Source: Squalus acanthias
Lineage: Eukaryota
NCBI GenBank assembly: GCA_030390025.1
Contig: JASTWF010000332.1
Span: forward strand, 496,001 to 532,040
Direction of reading: 5' to 3'
Length of the DNA: 36,040 bases
A program made the position numbers and the translations under genes. The notes under the pieces are model-generated. The model was not told where the DNA came from, searched no databases, and saw only the letters and a program-made list of their open reading frames with translations. Positions 22,235-33,032 of this stretch are shown piece by piece (within the stretch, counting starts at the first letter, position 1; the number at the start of each line of letters is the position of its first letter).

Positions 22235-23800
22235 GGGGCTAAAAATTCGTGGCCGCCACGAGAGTTGCCGGTGTCACCGCGGCCTCGGGTTAACGGCCGC
22301 TGAAAATGGACGAAGCGCTTCTAGAGAAAAATTCGCGCTGGGGGCGAAAGATTTTTAGCCCAGTGCTAGCTTACCATATAACACCTTCATGGTGGCATTA
22401 GTGCAGGTATGGGAGTCGAAGTTCCCGTCCAGGAGCGACATTCCAGCTTCCAACAGCTTCTGGAAGCGAGGCAATAGAGTTCGCTGGGCATTGTGGGAAA
22501 TTAAAAGGGCAATGCCTTCTGAACTAATGAAAATAAAAATGAAGTGAAAAAATGAAGTTTTCAGCCCTCACTGCCTTTAAAAAAAAAATAACATTAAAAA
22601 GTCCCAAATGGGAGTCTTCAGCTCTTAAAGCTGAATTCCCTTCCGAACCTCAAAAAATGGGAAAAGTGCTTCAGCCCTAACACAAATGGCTCAGCAAGCC
22701 AGGGAAGGGGCACCCAGGGTCTCGCACACAGCACTCCAGCTTTGTGCAGGGGGGTCAACATTGCAAGAGAGGTCCTCTACCCACAGAGGCCAGGAGGCCC
22801 TCCAGAAAGAACGATGTGGGACCAGATCACCGAAGCCGTCACTGCTAACAGTGTCGCCCCCCACCACCTGGCTCCAGTGCCCAAAGAAGCTTCATGACCT
22901 CAGACCATTGGTCAAGGTCAGTGAATGCATCTTCAAAAGCCATCTCCTACCAACTGCACTGCTAGCCTCACACACTGCTCAATGCACAACTCTCTCTCCC
23001 CCCCATCACTCATCTACTAACAATCTGTACCAATCATGAAGCACATCCCCTATTCCTAGCTTCACCTCACCCCGTTGGAGGAGACGGTGCTGGCCATTCT
23101 TGGCAGAGGTATGGCTGAGCCCTTGGCCAGCGGCGGGGCTGAAAGGATACAAGATGCTGGTATCCTCACATGTTATCCTCCTTCTGGCATGCACTTCTTG
23201 CTTTCCCGCCCTCCCCTCACCACAACTCCACCCTTGTGCCTTCTTCATTTCACACACCCAAGAAATGCAGCCTGCCCAGCCAGTGATTGGCCAAGAGGAA
23301 GAAGAAACAACACCATCACTCGATTTCACATTCTCAGCCACCAGCTCCTCAAGGTCAATCAACAAGGCCATTTGCAGTGTCCCCCACTGAAAGTCAGCAG
23401 CTTTCCACCAGCCATGCTGCAGCCACTGGGGTAGCACTGCATGACATGAGTAGGATAGGCAAAGGCACACACATGACAGTCACTAAGAGAATGAATAAGG
23501 GTGATGAGTTGATTTCTTGATGTCATATTGGATGGATAGATGTATAAAGTTTGCTTTGTGGTGCCTTTTATTTCAGCATCGTGGCCAAGAGGACGCTGTG
23601 ATGGTCAGTAACAGAGGGAAGGTAAGGTGTGGGGCTAATGTTGAACGGGGAATTGGGGTTGTGATCACTGGTACCGCAGGCGGACGATTCCATCCCGGAC
23701 ATCCCGGCCAGAAAGGGGCTGTCTGGGTTGCATCATTCTTTCTGCTTCCTCCTCTCTGCTTCCTCCTCTTCTGTGTCTTCCTTTTCCCTCTGCGAGCGGA
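22235..23800. mobile_element. Truncated PIF/Harbinger transposon relic: Myb/SANT-like ORF (+) convergent with a transposase-like C-terminus (-)
   Basis: TAA|GGGGCTAAAAATTCG left end. Plus strand MAQQAREGAPRVS...WDQITEAVTANSVAPTTWLQCPKKLHDL (across frameshifts) and LEETVLAILG. Minus strand EEEAERMMQPRQPLSGRDVRDGIVRLRYQ*, stop at 23665-23667. Confidence 0.75.
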
Positions 23801-23829
23801 TGCTGTAAATGTGAAATGACAGCATAAAA

Positions 23830-24128
23830 TGTCGTCTTTTGGACGAGATGTTAAAACACAGCTCCGTCAGCCTGTTCAAGATCTAGTGGCATTATTCGAA
23901 GTAGAGCAAATGTGTTTGCGCAGTGTCCTGGTCAACTTTATGGCTCAACCAACACTACCAAAAAAAAAGATTAACTGGTCATTTATCTTTGTTTTTGGGG
24001 CTTTGCTATGCTCAAATTGGCAGCTGCATTTGCCGACATAACAACATTGATCACACTTCAAAAATAATTAATTGGCTGTGAAGCGCTTTGTAATGTCCTG
24101 AGCATTTATAACTGCAAATTCTTTCTTC
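23830..24128 (+). mobile_element. SacSINE1/DeuSINE-like SINE (Deu domain plus tail)
   Basis: GTCTTTTGGACGAGATGTTAAA...GATCTAGTGGCATTATTCGAAG...GTGTCCTGGTCAA resembles the Deu domain; tail ATTGGCTGTGAAGCGCTTTG. Confidence 0.75.
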
Positions 24129-24204
24129 CAAATAATCCATGTTGACTTTTAATAACCTGATCTTGATCGGAAGAGATGACACAAGAAAAATATAACTCAA
24201 GATA

Positions 24205-24380
24205 AGTAAAACAAATGAATGCTGGGAATGTACAGCAGCCTGAACCGCTTCTGAGAGAGACAGGTTAACATTTTGGGTGTGACCTTTGACACCCAATGAC
24301 CTGTTTTTCTCTTTTAGATGTTGACTGACCTACTTTGTGTTTTAATTTCCAATTTCCAGGGCTCACAGTTTTCTTTCTTT
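24205..24380. mobile_element. Old degenerate inverted Penelope-like terminal repeat pair
   Basis: GAATGCTGGGAATGTACAGCAG...GAGAGAGACAGGTTAACATTT followed by CTGTTTTTCTC...AGATGTTGACTGACCT; same layout as 8204-8457. Confidence 0.55.
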
Positions 24381-24604
24381 TCTGTGCTAATTAAAAGCCG
24401 CAGTGTAAATAAGTGTTGAGTTATTTTGTGACATGGTTACGTATTAAGCCCCATCTACATAATTATGGTATGTTAGTAAAATATGATTTTTTTTTAGTTT
24501 TCATTTGCAAGATTTTTTACACAATCAGTGTTTTCTTTATACAAATCTGCGGGAATTTTGTGACTGATCAATATAAACACTGATCTGAATAGATGATGGT
24601 ACTC

Positions 24605-25525
24605 AACAGTATTCGTCTGTTCCTAAAGGGCGGTATAATGAGCGCGAGAGGAGCAGCGAGAGGAGCGGAAGCAGCGGCGCTAGACAAAGCCTTCAAACAG
24701 AAAAATCAAGGAGTGACATCACAGGGCAGCAGGGACCTGAGCGGGAGCGAGAGCGGGGGCAGAGCAAATAAACAGCATGGCAGAAGAAGGCCTGAGAGCG
24801 GAGGCAGCGGGCCTGAGCGGGAGCAACCCAACAAAGGCAAAATTTGAAAGAGTGGCGTCAGAATTAAAAAGTGACGTCGGCACAAGGGAAGGAGCTGATT
24901 GGTGAGTAGCTGGTAAGTGTTTCTAGTTAATAGTCTATAAAGTAAAGGCATGGCAGGGTAGCTCAGTCCCATGGAGTGCACATCCTGTGCCATGTGGGAA
25001 GTCCTGGATGCTTCTCGTGGCCTGGATAACCACATGTGCGGGAAGTGTCGCCAGCTACAGCAGCTCGAGCTCCGGGTTTCGGAGCTTGAGCGGCGACTGG
25101 AGTTACTACAGTGCATCCGCGAGGCTGAGAACTTTGTAGATAGTACGTTTTAGGAGGTGGTCACCCCGCAGCTAGAGAGTGTGCAGGCAGAGGGAATGGG
25201 TGACCGCCAGACAGAAGAGGAGGACCAGGCTGGTAGGGCAGGAATCCTCTGAGTGCATCTCGCTCGCTAACCGGTTTTCAGCTTTGAATACTGGTGGGGG
25301 GGCGATGGTTCCTCTGGGGGTGCAGCCAGAGCCAAGTCCACGGCACCATGGGTGGCTCAGCTGCACAGGGGGGGAGGAAGAAAAGTGGAAGAGCAATAGT
25401 CATAGGGCATTCGATAGTTAGGGGTGGACTGGGAGACAGAAACTTGAAGGTAAGTCAGTGTCAGAGCAGTGGGAGGCATTCAAGGAGGAGATAGTGAGGG
25501 TTCAGAGCAAGTATGTTCCCTTAAA
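24605..25525 (+). mobile_element. CR1 LINE 5' UTR plus ORF1 (Zn finger, coiled coil, start of SGNH esterase) joined to a short ORF2 piece
   Basis: CTSCAMWE...CGKCRQLQQLELRVSELERRL and AIVIGHSIVRG (GDS block variant), then EQWEAFKEEIVRVQSKYVP from ORF2. Confidence 0.85.
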
Positions 25526-25526
25526 G

Positions 25527-25781
25527 CCCACACTTCAGGGCTCAAAATAGGGATTAGCCAAAAAACCTGTAGTTAACAGGTAGTTAACAGGCAGTTAATT
25601 GGCACTAATCCCCTTCCCGCCTCCAGGAGACGGGACCCGGTGCGGGTCGGGTACCCGCCTCCTGGGAAGATGGCACGGAGGCAGGTTGGGGGCAGGATGG
25701 GTACCCGCTCCCAGATTCTGCCATTTTCCCGGCAGTCCCGCCTCCAAACCCGCCTCCCCAGGGCTGGCAAAATCGCCCCCC
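25527..25781. mobile_element. Right part of a GC-rich MITE
   Basis: Ends AAAATCGCCCCCC, the same terminus as at 5819. Confidence 0.55.
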
Positions 25782-26422
25782 ATATCTCTGTGGGTGAATG
25801 TGATCAGGAGCGATTGTATCTCTCCCTATGCTCCAAACTGCCTGCATCATGGGGTAAGAATGCACACAGACAGGAACAAAATACTACAGTTTGTTCAACT
25901 CGTCGATGCATATGTTTCCAGTGCTGGCAATGCAGCAGAAGTACTACTCTATCTGCATTTAGTTTGGTAATATGTTTAAAAAATATATATTTATCTTGCT
26001 GAAAGCTAGCAATAGAATTGGCCGATCAGTGTTTGAATGGAGCCAACTTCAGGTACTTTTAAGTCACAGAAGTGAATAGTGGGGGTGGGGGAAATGATTA
26101 CCTCCTCCCCACTTCCATGAGGAGCAGGTGCTCAGATCACAGGGAACTGTTTCCGAGCCTACTGAAACTGCGATCAGCAGGAGGCAGAAATAGATAGGGC
26201 TGCTCCTCTGTATTAAGCTCAAAAGCTGATCTGGAAACTTCGACTGCCAGAAGTCATGCTGTCCTAATGAATGTTGAAACCACAGTATATGCAGTTCTTG
26301 TTTTGTGTTGCTACTTCTTCCATTTCAGAACCAGCTTTGCCACTTTAGGGAGAAAGCATGCAAAAAATGTAATGTTCAGAAGAGGAACAGTATGGGGAGA
26401 TCTATAAAGATAGGTTGAGGAA

Positions 26423-26548
26423 TGCACAAATTGACTGCCACATTTCTTACATTACAACAGTGACTATACTTTAAAAAAAAGTATTTAATTGGCTGTAAAG
26501 CACTTTGGGACGTCCTGAGGTTATAATGTACATGCAAATTCTTTCTTT
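26423..26548 (+). mobile_element. SacSINE1/DeuSINE-like 3' fragment
   Basis: CATTACAACAGTGACTA...ATTGGCTGTAAAGCACTTTGGGACGTCCTGAGG. Confidence 0.75.
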
Positions 26549-26579
26549 TTTTTCCTTTATTTCTTTTTCTATATTTTTA

Positions 26580-29224
26580 CTTCAGTGAAGACAAAGAAGG
26601 TGATATATGCTTAGAGGCGCAGGGCAAGGCTAGAATACTCAATGAGTACTTTGTATCGGTGTGTACTAAGAAGGTTGATGCTGACAAAATATCAGTAGAA
26701 GTGGAAAAGGTAGAAGCAATGGAAGGGGTGAAAATTGAGACAGGATTTTTTTTTATTCGTTTATGGGATGTGGCCGTTGCTGGCAAGGCCAGCATTTATT
26801 GCCCATCCCTAATTGCCCTTGAGAAGGTGGTGGTGAGCCGTCTTGAACCGCTGCAGTCCGTGTGGTGAAGGTACTCCCACATAGGTATGACTCCAGCCAG
26901 TGGAGAGTTTTCCCCCTGATTCCCATTGAATTCAGTTTTACTAGGGCTCCTTGATGCCACACCCAGTCAAATGCTGCCTTGATGTCAAGGGCAGTCACTC
27001 TCACCCCACCTCTGGAATTCAGCTCCTTTGTCTATCTTTGGACCAAGGTTGTAATGAGGTCAGGAGCTGAGTGGTCTTGGCGGAACCCAAACTGGGCATC
27101 CGTGAGCAGGTTATTGGTGAGTAAGTGCCGCTTGATAGCACTTTCGATGACACCTTCCATCACTTTGCTGATGATTGAGAGTAGACTGATGAGGCAGTAA
27201 TTGGCCAGGTTGGATTTGTCCTGCTTTTTGTGGACAGGACATACCTGAGCAGTTTTCCACATTGTCAGATAGATGCCAGTGTTGTAGCTGTACTGGAACA
27301 GTTTGGCTAGAGGCATTGCTAGTTCTGGAGCACAAGTCTTCAGCACGATAGCCGGGATGTTGTCGGGGCCCATAGCCTTTGCTGTATCCAGTGCACTCAA
27401 CCGTTTCTTGTTATCACGTGGAGTGAATTGAATTGGCTGAAGACTGGCTTCTGTGATGGTGGGGACCTCAGGAGTAGGCCGATATGGATCATCCACTCGG
27501 CACTTCTGGCCGAAGAAGATTGCAAACACTTCAGCCTTGTCTTTTGCACTCACGTGCTGGGCTCCACCATCATTGAGGATGGGGATATTCATGGAGCCTC
27601 CTCCTCCCATTAGTTGTTTAATGGTCCACCACCATTCACCAGGATGTACTAGAAAGGTTGGGTATGCTTAGAGTGGACAAGTCGCCTGGTCCAGATGGCT
27701 TGCATCCTAGGTTGCTAAGGGAATTGGGGGAAGAGATAGCGGAAGGGCTTGCCATAATTTTCCAATCTTCCCTAGATGCGGGGGAGGTGCCTGAGGATTG
27801 GAAAGTGGCAAATGTGACACCATTGTTCAAGAAAGAGTGTAACGACAATCTTAGTAACTACAGGCCGGTCGGTTTAACATCAGTGGTGGGTAAAGTTTTA
27901 GAAACAATAATCAAAAAATAAATAAACGGGCATTTGGAGAGGTTTAAGCTAATTAAGGAGAGCCAACACGGGTTTGTAAAAGGCAGATCGTGTTTGACTA
28001 ATCTAATTGAATTTTTTGATGAAGTAACAGGGAGGATTGATGAAGGGAATGCAATGGATGTTGTCTACATGGATTTTCGGAAGGCGTTTGACAAAGTACC
28101 ACATAGAAGGCTGATTAACAAAATTGAGGCTCATGGAATAGGTGTGTCAGTGGCAGCTTGGATAAGGAATTGGCTTAAGGACAGAAAACAGCAAGTTGTG
28201 GTAAATGGCTTTTTTTCAGACTGGAGGATGGTAGACAGTGGTGTTCCCCAAGGGTCAATGCTGGGGCCACTGCTTTTTTTGATATATATAACTGACCTGG
28301 ATATTGGAATACAGAGTAGAATTTCTAAATTTGCTGATGACACCAAACTTGGGGGTGTGGCAAACAGTGATGATGATATCAATCGACTGCAACAGGACAT
28401 AGAAAGGCTAGCAGAATGGGCAGACAAGCGGCAGATGGAATTTAATACGGAGAAGTGTGAGGTGATGCATTTTGGCAGAAGGAACAGGGAGAGGCAATAT
28501 ACACTTAATGACACAGTTTTAAAGAGTGTGCAGGGACAGAGGGACCTGGGAGTTAATGTGCATAGGTCCCTGAAGGTGGCAGGACATATTGAGAGAATGG
28601 TTAACAAAGCATATGGGATCTTGGGCTTCATAAATAGTGGTATTGAGTACAAAAGTAGAGAAGTTATGCTAAACCATTATAAAGCGCTGGTTTGGCCACA
28701 ACTGGAGTATTGTGTCCAGTTCTGGTCACCACACTTTAGGAAGGATGTGAAGGCCCTTGAGAGGGTGCAGAGGAGATTTACCAGAATGGTTCCGGGATGG
28801 GGGATCTTAGCTACAAGGACAGGTTGGAGAAGCTGGATTTGTTTTCATTAGAGCAAAGGAGGTTGAGGGGTGATTTGATAGAGGTGTACAAAATTATGAT
28901 GGGTTTGGATAGGCTAGACAGGGAAAGGCTGTTCCCACCAGTTGATGGTAAAGGACTAGGAGACACAGATTTAAAGTTTTGTGCAAGAGATACAGGGGGG
29001 ATGTGAGGAAAAACTTTTTTACGCAGCGAGTGGTGAGGACCTGGAATTCGCTGCCGATGGAAGTGGTGAAAGCGGAGACACTCAAAGTTTTCAAGGGGAG
29101 ACTGGATAGGCACTTGAGGGAAATAAACTTGCAGGGCTACGGGGATAGAGCATGGGACTGGAGAGAGCTGGCATGGACTCGATGGGCTGAATGGCCTCCT
29201 TCTGTGCCGTTGTGACTCTAAGAC
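26580..29224 (+). mobile_element. CR1 LINE ORF2 (RT) and 3' tail, frameshifted, interrupted at 26747-27639
   Basis: LNEYFVSV, KSPGPDGLHPRLLREL, NYRPVGLTS, QHGFVKGRSCLTNL, DFRKAFDKVPH, FADDTK; tail GGGCTGAATGGCC. Confidence 0.96.
26747..27639 (-). mobile_element. Family-B LINE, internally deleted, flanked by a CAGGAT TSD
   Basis: ORFs 27032-27610 (KAMGPDNIP, QFGFRQ) and 26753-27004 (LDIKAAFD); poly-T tail at 26747; CAGGAT at 26741-26746 and 27640-27645. Confidence 0.93.
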
Positions 29225-29818
29225 CATTAGCTCACAGTGCAAAATGCAAACTGGGAGTAAATCTGCCCAGAGTTGAACTATTGCCCAAAACCCATTCTTG
29301 ATTTGATGGTGAATCTTTGCAACTTTTGTAAAATGACGTAAAAAAAAAACTAACATTTCATCTTTATTTACAAACCTGTTTTTGGGGGAAAAAAAGCAAA
29401 AAATATTTTGGGAGCACTGACGTAAGCTCCTCCCACACAGCTTGTCTTCTGACCGACATTGCCTTAATGCTGTGTGAGGTAGCACTCAAGGCAGTAGAGA
29501 AGATTGCCAGGATCTGCTGACTTTTAAACTTCTTTCCAAGGGTGACTTTAATGATGATTAAGTTTTCAGATCAGACAAGCCTGTAGGTCCCTGAAATAAA
29601 ATATTGTTCCTGTACACTAAATTATGACATTCACATGATTTATTTTATCATTGGTCTTATCAAAGATTTCATAGCTTTTGCCAAATGCCTTCAAACATCA
29701 CAGGTAGCCTATGGCAAAGAGAAATGGTTTCATTTATGTTTTCAGTGTTTACTTCATCAATCAGTGGCCGAGAGTTGGATATTTTGAAAGTCCATGTCGA
29801 TAGCGAGGTAAAAACAAA

Positions 29819-30476
29819 GGGCTGGTTTTGATACTGGGGCGGGTTGGGGTCGTGTCATCCACTTTTCGTGTTATCCACCCGACTGCAATTGGATGTGGGA
29901 GATTGATGCGATTTTCACCTAATTGGGCAATTGAGTTCCAGCATGTGGGAACCCATGAACCAATTAGTGTTTTCAGTCTGAAAGTCGCCTCTGATGATGT
30001 CATCATTGCTGCTGGATTGAAGGTCTGCAAAGACTGCCTGGCCTTTGCTGTGAGAGGACCTGGATGCAAAATGAGCAGCAGCAGCCCTAAGTCTGCTCCC
30101 AGATATTTTTGCACCACCACTCCCAGATATGTCTCATCCATCCATCACCGCCAGCCAGCCAGCCAGCCGATAGTCAGCTATCCAAATGTGCTCCCGCCAG
30201 GTTTCACATTCATGGTTCAGAACAGGCGTGCTTCACGTAGAAAAAGGGTTAAAATGACAAAGGCCTTTCAAATTGGCATTATAGAGGCAATTTAGTGTTT
30301 GTTAAGGGCCTTAACAGCCTATCCCGCCTCTTAGAGGCGGGACGGAGTCGGGACCAGCAAACACGATTTAATGAAAATTGCGTGGAGGCGGGCTTGCGCC
30401 CGCCCGCCAATTTCCGCAATTTTAACCCCCCACACGCCTCCAAACCCACTTCCACGGGTCAATGAAAATCCAGCCC
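29819..30476. mobile_element. Complete Harbinger-like MITE
   Basis: AAA|GGGCTGGTTTT...AAAATCCAGCCC|AAA; inverted homolog at 34154-34914. Confidence 0.85.
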
Positions 30477-31127
30477 AAAATGTTCTAAAAAAATCCCTCA
30501 CTTTCAGCTTTATCGTTGTCACACATGAGTGTAAATGTATATAAACCCATTACAAAAGAAACATTGCAGCATAGCATAATGTCTGGTCTATTGTCGGGTT
30601 GCAGTGAGGCCTCTCTACTTGCTGAGCCCCGTGTCATAATACAACACAAAGCATTGATTATTCACACTTGATGGTGTACAGGTTAATCTCCATTGCTGAG
30701 GAAATAATGCCACAATTGGCTATTCAATTCCAGTGAGCAAATTATATAATATTTCTTCCTCAACTAACACTGAACCAGAGTATGTGTAAACAAATGTACG
30801 GCTTCATTGTAACTGCTCCCATTCAGGATTGTCAGCAATACAAATGTCTCTTTTTGTCCCTGTGCCTTCATGCTCCACTCATTACTATTGATGTGGGGCG
30901 GCTACTATGGCCACTTAATAATCATTGTTACAGCCGTCATGATATGGAGACAGATAGATGGGCAGATATAGAATAGACTGAATGTACGGCGTGCTAAACA
31001 TCCTTTGTTTATCAGTTTTGTAATTATCCACTGCTTGTATCAGGGATAATTTCTCGTAAATGTGTAATGACAGATATTGTAGAATAGAATTAGAATTAAA
31101 AACTCACAATCATTATGAATATTTATT

Positions 31128-31272
31128 CCCTCTCCCTCTCCCCCTCCCTCTCCCCTTCTCCCCTTCTCCCGTCTCCCTCCCCCCTGTCCCTCCTCCCTCT
31201 CCCTCCTCCCTCTTCCTCCCCCCTCTCCCTCCCCCCTCTCTCTCCATCCTCCCCTCTCCCTCTCCCTCTCCT
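31128..31272. repeat. Polypyrimidine (C/T) tract
   Basis: Almost purely C/T over about 145 bp. Confidence 0.85.
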
Positions 31273-31340
31273 CATACAGACCACACACCTCTCATCAATG
31301 ACCTGCTCCTGGGTCTTGACCAACTCCATTCCTCAGTCAT

Positions 31341-31567
31341 ACAAAAGCAAGATACTGCGGATGCTGGAAATCTGAAATAAAAACAGAAACTGCTGGAAAC
31401 ACTCAGCAGGTCAGGCAGCATCTGTAGAGAGAGAAACAGAGTTAACGTTTCAGGTCAATGACCCTTCATCAGAACTGGAAAAAGTTGGAGATGTAACAGG
31501 TGTTTAACCAAGTGTAGAGGCAGGGAAAGGGGGGAGAGGAGGAAAGAACAAAAGGGAAGGTCTGTGA
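31341..31567 (-). mobile_element. Penelope-like 3' terminal fragment
   Basis: Colinear with 12063-12250. Confidence 0.88.
31440..31476 (-). ncRNA. Minimal type I hammerhead ribozyme motif (PLE-associated)
   Basis: AGUU-CUGAUGA-A-GGGUC(AUU)GACCU-GAAA-CG-UU-AACU on the minus strand. Confidence 0.72.
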
Positions 31568-31699
31568 TTCATTGCTATAGTCTTTACCTAAAGGTCAATT
31601 GGAACCAAAATTACATAAGACTTTGGAGGTTGTTGGTGGGTGCATGCCTTCAATCCTTTCGGTATATTTGTGGATCTGTGGTGCTGGAGGCTATGTTCA

Positions 31700-32342
31700 T
31701 TCTTGGGATGTGGGTGTCACTAGCAAAGCTGACATTTGTTGCCATTCCCAAGTTGACCACCTTCTTGAACTGCTGCAGTCCATGTGGTTTAAAGTGCTCC
31801 CACAGTGCCGTTAGGTAGGGAATTCCAGGATTTTGACCCAATGATGGTGAAGGAACGGCGATATATGTCCAAGTTCTAGATTTTGGAGACCGCGAGTTTG
31901 GGAGGTGCTGCTGAAGAAGCCTTGGCAACTTGCTGCAGTGCATCCGGTACATATTATACGCTTCAGCCATGCTACGCTGGTGAGGCATTGGATGTTTAGG
32001 TTATTAGGCGAATTGCTGATCAAGCGGCCTGCTTTGTCTTGGACGGTATTGAGCTTCTTGAGTGTTTTTTGCAGCTGCACCCATCCAGATGCACCCATCC
32101 ATCACACTCCTGACTTCCTGACTTGTGCCTTGTAGGTGCTGGAGTGGCTTTGGGCAATCAGCCACTTGCTGCAGAATACCCAGCCTCTGACTTACTCTAG
32201 GAGCTATGGCATTTATGTGGCTGGTCCAGTTGAGTTTCTGGTTGATGGTGACCCCCAGGATGTTGATGGTGGGGACTCTGTGATGGTACTGCCATTGAAT
32301 CTCAAAGGGAGGTGGTGATGGTCATTGCCTGACAATTGTGTA
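31700..32342 (-). mobile_element. Older family-B LINE 3' fragment
   Basis: TLKKLNTVQDKAGRLI and MHCSKLPRLLQQHLPN; homologous to 873-1372 and 7250-7960. Confidence 0.85.
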
Positions 32343-32748
32343 GTGGAGTATTATGCCATATAATGCACAATGTATATTCAATTGTTGAAGTACAGCTGTG
32401 CTGCACAAAGTGGCCTTTAAGGCCACAATGTGTAATTGATATGCCCTCTTGAGGTCAGTTAGAGTCTGATTGCTCTTGGCAGATGCCCAGGTTAATTAGA
32501 TGCCCAGGTTAATTAGTGGTCAGAGTCCTGAGGTCAGTTAGAAGCTATGTTCTATTGCTGGGAAATGTGCTCTGATGATTGGAAATGCCTGGCTTTCTTT
32601 TTCTCTTTTTCAAAAAGTAATAGTGTGACATCTGGCATGTACTGGATGCAAAACTCACGGCCAATTGCAACTTCTCTCTAACTTCTGTTTATAAGTAGCT
32701 TTAAATTACTTGAGTTTGGCAATTTAGAGCAGTGGCCTTAAAGATACA

Positions 32749-32888
32749 TGATGTGGAGATGCCGGTGTTGGACTGGGGTGGACAACACCATCAACCAGAA
32801 ACTCAACCTGATGAAGGAGCAGCGCTCCGAAAGCTTGTGATTTCAAATAAAGCTGTTGGACTATAACCTGGTGTTGTGCGACTTCTCA
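32749..32888 (+). mobile_element. 140-bp mini Penelope-like insertion (second PLE family) with a 12-bp TSD
   Basis: CTTAAAGATACA at 32737-32748 and 32889-32900; contains a hammerhead core, AATAAA and GTTGGACTATAACCTGGTGTTGTG. Confidence 0.75.
32803..32840 (+). ncRNA. Minimal hammerhead ribozyme motif
   Basis: CUGAUGA-A-GGAGC(AGC)GCUCC-GAAA-GC-UU: perfect 5-bp stem II, palindromic AGCU stem III, weak stem I. Confidence 0.68.
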
Positions 32889-33032
32889 CTTAAAGATACA
32901 GGTCAGGTTAGCAGCTGAACAGCAGATGTTGAGAGGACCTAAAAGCAATGCTGCTGACTATATGTTTCTCTGCTTCTAAACTCTATGTGATTGGATAAAT
33001 TGCCAGTGTTTGTACCTGACTCTAAACTCTAA

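Noticed and set aside
26329..26413. Plus-strand exon after a strong pyrimidine tract
   Set aside because: Weak donor, no recognisable peptide and no other supporting plus-strand exons.
27934..28851. 305-aa reverse transcriptase ORF as an intact or novel RT system (retron, DGR or similar)
   Set aside because: Ordinary CR1 ORF2 piece, frameshifted on both sides, interrupted upstream and ending in a CR1 tail.
24605..29224. A single full-length CR1 spanning the ORF1 and ORF2 blocks
   Set aside because: The endonuclease domain is absent, and about 1 kb of MITE, unique and SINE sequence separates the blocks, so one element cannot be supported.
28811..29485. 224-aa minus-strand ORF
   Set aside because: Mostly antisense of the CR1 3' end plus flanking AT-rich DNA; no domain recognised.
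31040..31380. Pro/Ser/Leu-rich and Glu/Arg/Gly-rich ORFs
   Set aside because: Artefacts of the C/T tract.
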